A stretch of DNA of 64,000 nt from an uncultured Actinomycetota bacterium (GTDB lineage: Bacteria; Actinomycetota; Actinomycetes; CAVWCF01): assembly GCA_963753435.1 (NCBI GenBank), contig CAVWCF010000001.1, positions 1,504,001-1,568,000 on the forward strand, given 5' to 3'. Both the position numbers and the translations under genes were made by a program. Under the pieces are notes generated by a model that saw only the letters and a list, made by a program, of their open reading frames with translations, did no database searches and had not been told where the DNA came from. This document shows, piece by piece, positions 59,379-64,000 of the stretch; the first letter of the stretch is position 1, and each line of letters starts with the position of its first letter.

Positions 59379-59780
59379 GTGAGCACTGACACATCGAACG
59401 GCCTGGCCACCCTCATCGAGCACGACCTGGCCGAAACCGAGGAGCGAGTAACTGCCGCCCTCGCCGCGGAGGGATTCGGTGTCCTGACCCGGATCGATGT
59501 GTCCGAGACCCTGCGGAACAAGATCGGCGCCGAGATCGAGGAGTACGTGATCCTCGGCGCCTGCAACCCGCCGCTGGCGCACCGGGCCCTGGAGCACTCC
59601 CGCCGAGTCGGGCTGCTGCTGCCGTGCAACGTGGTGCTGCGGGCCGTCGACGGCGGCACCCAGGTGGAGGCGGTCGACCCGCGCACGCTGCTGCCCGCCG
59701 ACGACCAGGCGATGTGTGATCTGGCCGACGACGCCGCCGGCCGGCTGAGCCGGGCGCTCAGCGCCGCGGCAGCCTCCTGA
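59379..59780 (+). CDS. DUF302 protein
   Basis: EGFGVLTRIDV, ILGACNP, GLLLPCNVV; GGAGG RBS. Confidence 0.92.
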   Translation: MSTDTSNGLATLIEHDLAETEERVTAALAAEGFGVLTRIDVSETLRNKIGAEIEEYVILGACNPPLAHRALEHSRRVGLLLPCNVVLRAVDGGTQVEAVDPRTLLPADDQAMCDLADDAAGRLSRALSAAAAS

Positions 59781-59810
59781 ACAGCGCCCCAGGGCAGCAA
59801 CTGAAAGACC

Positions 59811-59840
59811 GGCGCCCCCACCGAATCCGGTAGGGGCGCC
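59811..59840. terminator. GC-rich hairpin between convergent genes
   Basis: GGCGCCCC-CACCG-AATC-CGGTA-GGGGCGCC. Confidence 0.65.
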
Positions 59841-59860
59841 GTCCTCAGGGGAGGAACGTC

Positions 59861-60607
59861 TCAGAACTCCTCGAACATCCGCCCGAAGCCGTACAACTTG
59901 TCCTGGATGCCGTTGTCGCGCAGGGCCATCCACCAGGTCGCCGCGTTGATCGCGATGACCGGCTTGTGCAGCCACCGCTCCGCCTCGGCGGCCAGGCGCA
60001 GCATCGACAGGTTGGTGCCGACCTGAACGAGCGCGTCCGGCTCGGTGCGGTCCAACTCCAGCAGTGACTCACGCAACTGGTCCTGGGTGGTGTGCGCGAT
60101 CGAAACCGCGGTCGGGCGCTTGAGCCCGATCAGCTTCGTCACGTCGAACCCGAGCTCGTTGAAGAACTTGATGACCTGCTCGTCGCCGTTGGGCTGGTAG
60201 GGGGTCACCACGCCGATGGTCTTGACCCCGAACTTGTGCAGGACGCGTTCGCAGGCCTCCGCACCGGTGGCAACGTCCAGGCCGCCGGAACGATCCTTGA
60301 TCCGCTGCTTGAACGCCTCGTTGCCGGCTTTGCCGTCCCAGAAGGTCTCCGCCGACATGCCCATGACCATGTAGTCGACCTCGGCCGTGCAAACACGGTC
60401 GATCGCGGAGTCGATCTCCTGGTCCAGCTGAACGCGCAGGTACTCCATCTGCGACTCAGAACTCAGGTCCTGGTCGCGGATGTGGATGCGGCTGAACAGC
60501 GGTGTCACACCGGGAACGCCCATCGCGTTGAAGTCCGGCTCCACGATGCTGTTGGTGCTCGGCGCCAAGACTCCGAACTTCTTGCGCCACGCCAACTGGT
60601 CGCCCAT
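59861..60607 (-). CDS. Maleate isomerase/arylmalonate decarboxylase (Asp/Glu racemase superfamily)-like protein
   Basis: GVLAPSTNSIVEPDF, IGVVTPY, VQVGTNL, KPVIAINAATWWMALR. Confidence 0.85.
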   Translation of the reverse strand: MGDQLAWRKKFGVLAPSTNSIVEPDFNAMGVPGVTPLFSRIHIRDQDLSSESQMEYLRVQLDQEIDSAIDRVCTAEVDYMVMGMSAETFWDGKAGNEAFKQRIKDRSGGLDVATGAEACERVLHKFGVKTIGVVTPYQPNGDEQVIKFFNELGFDVTKLIGLKRPTAVSIAHTTQDQLRESLLELDRTEPDALVQVGTNLSMLRLAAEAERWLHKPVIAINAATWWMALRDNGIQDKLYGFGRMFEEF

Positions 60608-61266
60608 CAGGTCCCCTCCATCACCAACTCAGAGGATGCGCGGACCTTCCGCCACACCCGCCACGCCCCGAACGCGAAAGCGCCTTGAGCGACGGTGTTC
60701 ACGCTCTGCTCCGTCCACTGCAGCGCGAGGGTCTGCTCCTCGAAACTCTGCAGCCGGGTCAGCACGAACACACCGGCCAACTGAACAGCGAAGGCCACAA
60801 CTGCGGCAGGGTCCTTGGTCCGTACTGCCCAGGTAATCGCGAGGATGGTCGTGGTGAGGCTGGCCAGGACGGCGATTCCAAACAGCGGGACGACGTCGCC
60901 GATGGCGAATGCGCCGATCGTCGCCACCGCCAGTACCGCGGCGAACGGCCACCAGGGCAGCAACTTCGAACGCAGCCCGGACCAGACCGCCCACGCCACC
61001 AACGTGAACCCGAAGGACAGCAGTGGGAACAGGAACTCGTCGATGATCGTGTCCGGCCCGCCGGACGCCACGATCAGCTTCCAGGTGGCCTTGGAGGCCC
61101 CGCCGGCCACCAACAGCACCACGCCCAGGTAGCCGACTCGGGCGACCTCGGGTACCCGGCTGATCGCCGTGCGCACGAGTAGCAGGCAGCCCAGTCCGCT
61201 CAGCAGGACGGGGACGTAGTCCTCCAGCGCCAGCGGGATCGTGTAGCCGTACGGATTCGCGTCCAT
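60607..61266 (-). CDS. Uncharacterised 7-TM membrane protein
   Basis: Hydrophobic helices, KATWKL; TACCGT 6 nt before ATG; TGATG coupling to the next gene. Confidence 0.75.
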   Translation of the reverse strand: MDANPYGYTIPLALEDYVPVLLSGLGCLLLVRTAISRVPEVARVGYLGVVLLVAGGASKATWKLIVASGGPDTIIDEFLFPLLSFGFTLVAWAVWSGLRSKLLPWWPFAAVLAVATIGAFAIGDVVPLFGIAVLASLTTTILAITWAVRTKDPAAVVAFAVQLAGVFVLTRLQSFEEQTLALQWTEQSVNTVAQGAFAFGAWRVWRKVRASSELVMEGT

Positions 61267-61347
61267 GGGCAGACGGTAGGTCGCCGGGGACCTGGTCAGC
61301 CTGCCGATGGCGCCGGGGACCTGACGCTCGGTGAGTTGTTGGCGCGG

Positions 61348-62157
61348 TTACTGCGAGGAAGTGGGGACCTCGACGCCTTCGAACAGGTCGCGCTTCTTGA
61401 ACGCCGCCGTGGCGAACCGGCCGGCCGCCTTGGGGCCGGACAGCCAGGCCACCCGACCGCCGTTCTTGGTGCCCTTGAGCAGGCCATCGGCCAGCATCGG
61501 GGTCACCGTCTCGACCTTGTCGCCGAGGATGTTGAAGATGCGCTTGGCCTTCTCAAAGCCCTCCGGGTCATCGGCGTAGTCACCGACAAGCAGGTCGGTC
61601 ACCACGATCCCCGGGGACAAGTGGTGGATCGACACCGGGCCGCCGTCCAGCTCCTTGGCGACCGAGTTGGTGAAGTACGTCAACGCCCGCTTGGTCGAGC
61701 CGTAGGGGGCCAGCCCGTCGGCCTTCTGGCCGCCGGAGCCGAAGCCCTCCATGTTCCAGATGTCGCCGAAGCCCTGTTCCTTCATGCCCTTCAGCGCCAC
61801 GTGCGTGCCGTTCATGGCGCCGAGCAGGTTGATCCGCACGATCTTCTCGAAGTCGGCCGGGTCCGATTCCGCCAGCGGCTTGCGGGGCAGGCCGATGCCG
61901 GCGTTGTTCACCCAGGAGTCGACCTTGCCGAACGTCGCAACCGCGAAGTCCCACAGCGCCTGCTGGTCGGCGTAGGAGGACACCTCGCACGCCTTGCCGG
62001 CGACGTTCGGAGCCCCGCCGAGCTCAGCGACGACCTTGTCCACGGCCTCCTGCGAGCGGCCGGAGACGACCACCTGCGCGCCCCGCTTGAGCAGGTTCTG
62101 CGCGATGCCGTGGCCGATGCCGCGGGTGGAACCGGTGACGACGAAGACCTTGCTCAT
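61348..62157 (-). CDS. SDR oxidoreductase resembling chlorophyll(ide) b reductase NOL/NYC1
   Basis: TGSTRGIG, WVNNAG, KPLAE, WNMEGFGSGG, YGSTKR, HHLSPGIVVTDLL. Confidence 0.8.
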   Translation of the reverse strand: MSKVFVVTGSTRGIGHGIAQNLLKRGAQVVVSGRSQEAVDKVVAELGGAPNVAGKACEVSSYADQQALWDFAVATFGKVDSWVNNAGIGLPRKPLAESDPADFEKIVRINLLGAMNGTHVALKGMKEQGFGDIWNMEGFGSGGQKADGLAPYGSTKRALTYFTNSVAKELDGGPVSIHHLSPGIVVTDLLVGDYADDPEGFEKAKRIFNILGDKVETVTPMLADGLLKGTKNGGRVAWLSGPKAAGRFATAAFKKRDLFEGVEVPTSSQ

Positions 62158-62203
62158 GCGGCGTTCCCTTCGGTGAATCCGATCAGTGGCGCGATGCGCC
62201 GGT

Positions 62204-63175
62204 TCAGCCCTGCGGTTCCCAATTCAGCACACCGTGAATCACGTGGCGCAGGATGTTGCCCTCGAATGCCTGCCAGGTGACGGCGTACTGCTGGGTCTCC
62301 GGGTCCAGGAGGAACTCCCGGCCCTTGATCTTCCAGACGTCCGGGCCGGTGAAGTGCTGTGACACGTACAGCGCGCGGCCGTAGGCCTTGGCGTTGCCGA
62401 ACAGGTCCGGGCCCTCGTAGGTGGTGATGTTGGACCGGCGCGTGCGCTCGAAGGAGTAGCGGCGGCTCAGCAGCCCGTCCCAGGTGACCGTCTGGCGGTA
62501 GCGGGTCAGGTTGATCGGCTCATGAGCGATCTCGACCGAGATCGTGCCTTCCTGCTTCTGGTCGGCACCCCACACCTCAAGCTCGCCACGCCAGGAGCCA
62601 CGGTCCTTGGTCGGCAGCACCTGCGGGGTGTTGCCGATGCGCTTCTCCTTGTCGCAGAAGGCGTCGATGCGAGCCTTGGTCTCGGGGTTGGTCTCGTAGT
62701 CGTGGGCGACCAGGTAGATGCCGTTGAACACCGCGGCCACGGTCCAGCCGTCGGTGAGCACCGAGGAATACACCTGGGTCTCGCCGTCGGGGAGGATGTG
62801 GTTCCACGTCGTCAGGTCCGCCAGCCAACCGGTGGAGTAGTAGTGGCTGTCGACGAACGTGCCGTACGGCTGCCCGGTGCCGTAGAAGTCCGGGCCCATG
62901 TAGACGCGGTTGGAGTCGGAGTCGATGACGCCGAAGTCGAACTGTGCGCCCAACTCGAAACGGTTGCGGATGGGGCCAGTGACCTCGGACAGGTCGGTGC
63001 GCATCCAGTAGCGGGTCTCGCCGTTCTCGAACACCGAGGCGCGGGAGACGTTCTCGTAGCCGACGTGGTTGCCGTCAGGGTCGAAAACGCTCGGCCGCCC
63101 GTACCAGGATCCGGTGATCTTCTTCTGCCACTCCGACGGTTCCGGGGTCTCGGTGGTCTCCGGCGCTGCACTCAT
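62204..63175 (-). CDS. Uncharacterised protein with two repeated GxWxG beta-barrel-like halves
   Basis: GSWYG/GSWRG and YMGPDFYG..PYG/YEGPDLFG..AYG internal repeats; ATGA coupling to the upstream gene. Confidence 0.75.
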   Translation of the reverse strand: MSAAPETTETPEPSEWQKKITGSWYGRPSVFDPDGNHVGYENVSRASVFENGETRYWMRTDLSEVTGPIRNRFELGAQFDFGVIDSDSNRVYMGPDFYGTGQPYGTFVDSHYYSTGWLADLTTWNHILPDGETQVYSSVLTDGWTVAAVFNGIYLVAHDYETNPETKARIDAFCDKEKRIGNTPQVLPTKDRGSWRGELEVWGADQKQEGTISVEIAHEPINLTRYRQTVTWDGLLSRRYSFERTRRSNITTYEGPDLFGNAKAYGRALYVSQHFTGPDVWKIKGREFLLDPETQQYAVTWQAFEGNILRHVIHGVLNWEPQG

Positions 63176-63945
63176 GCTGATTGCTCCGTCAGTTCGTTCT
63201 TCTCAAGGTTGATGCGGTTCAACTCCGACGCCTCCGCGCCGACCAGCGGGATGATGTTGTTCCACACCGGGTCGACGTCGGCGTTGAAGATGAGGCCGCG
63301 GTTCTTCGCGTCGCGGTCCGGCAGGTCGGTGTCCGACACCTCGGCGAGCACCTCGTCCGACAGGCCGCCTTCGAGCAGGTTGAACCACTGGTCCAGGTAC
63401 GCGTTCACGTGCTCGTCCAGGTTGGCGTACGCCGTCGGCGTGGCCCGGTAGGCGCACATGTAGGGGCTCATGATGGAGCGCTGGCGTGGGTCGAGCTCGG
63501 CCTCGCTGATGCCCTCCATGGCCCGGACGGCCTTGTAGTTGGCCAGGATCGGCTCGTACACCTCGTCGATGTACTTCATGTGCGTGCCGATGTCGACGCG
63601 CGGGATGAAGTCCAGGTGGAAGGCGTGCGTGTCCAGGTCCAACCGCTCGACGGAGTCCAGCGTGAAGTGCGGGACGGCGGAGTCCGGCGCGGTGAACGCG
63701 AAGATCATGTGGCTGTCCAGGTCGATCACCCCGGGCACGGTGGCCTGGATGCCGGCGTAGACGACCTTCTTGACCGGTCCGTCGCCCATCCAGATCCGCA
63801 ACTCACCGACGGACTGACCGGATCGGCTGTTCACGAACGGAAGGAACGGTCCACCGTCTGCACCCTGCACCTCAGACACCTTGGACCGGCTCGTAAGCCG
63901 GTCCAAGGTTCGAAGGCAGAGCCCCTGCGCCAGGCGCTCGCCCAT
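63172..63945 (-). CDS. Red chlorophyll catabolite reductase / ferredoxin-dependent bilin reductase-like protein
   Basis: PHFTLD, LDFIPRVDI...YIDEVYE, RSIMSP, YLDQW, RDAKNR...DVDP; AAAGGAG RBS. Confidence 0.75.
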   Translation of the reverse strand: MGERLAQGLCLRTLDRLTSRSKVSEVQGADGGPFLPFVNSRSGQSVGELRIWMGDGPVKKVVYAGIQATVPGVIDLDSHMIFAFTAPDSAVPHFTLDSVERLDLDTHAFHLDFIPRVDIGTHMKYIDEVYEPILANYKAVRAMEGISEAELDPRQRSIMSPYMCAYRATPTAYANLDEHVNAYLDQWFNLLEGGLSDEVLAEVSDTDLPDRDAKNRGLIFNADVDPVWNNIIPLVGAEASELNRINLEKNELTEQSA

Positions 63946-64000
63946 GAAGTTCTCCTTTATGCCCCTGAGCCGACGCCCTCCGCGTCGTCCTCCGGAACAC

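Overview
High-GC actinobacterial chromosomal segment with Streptomyces-like purL-purF-purM-DUF3073-vdh-bldC-tRNA synteny. Scattered single-base frameshifts, including in purM and the E1-beta gene, suggest an error-prone assembly. From left to right it carries: an ECF sigma/anti-sigma/ABC-exporter operon; a 2-oxoacid dehydrogenase E1a/E1b/E2 cluster; the purine genes; a shattered AbiEi/DUF559-like gene; tRNA-Glu/Asp/Phe; glgA; an IdeR-boxed Fe3+ ABC importer; an RGPP-ending His-rich leader gene before a His-rich lipoprotein; tRNA-Lys followed by arsR-arsP-thioredoxin; assorted enzymes; a WxL/WxLIP cell-surface locus with two paralogous Cys-rich secreted proteins; and an unusual MFS-ABC fusion importer. 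The top candidate for an undescribed system is at the right end. There, a red chlorophyll catabolite reductase (RCCR)-like gene, a tandem beta-barrel protein and an SDR closely resembling chlorophyll b reductase NOL/NYC1 are co-oriented, suggesting bacterial chlorophyll/tetrapyrrole catabolism. All family assignments come from motif recognition by eye, with no database searches.
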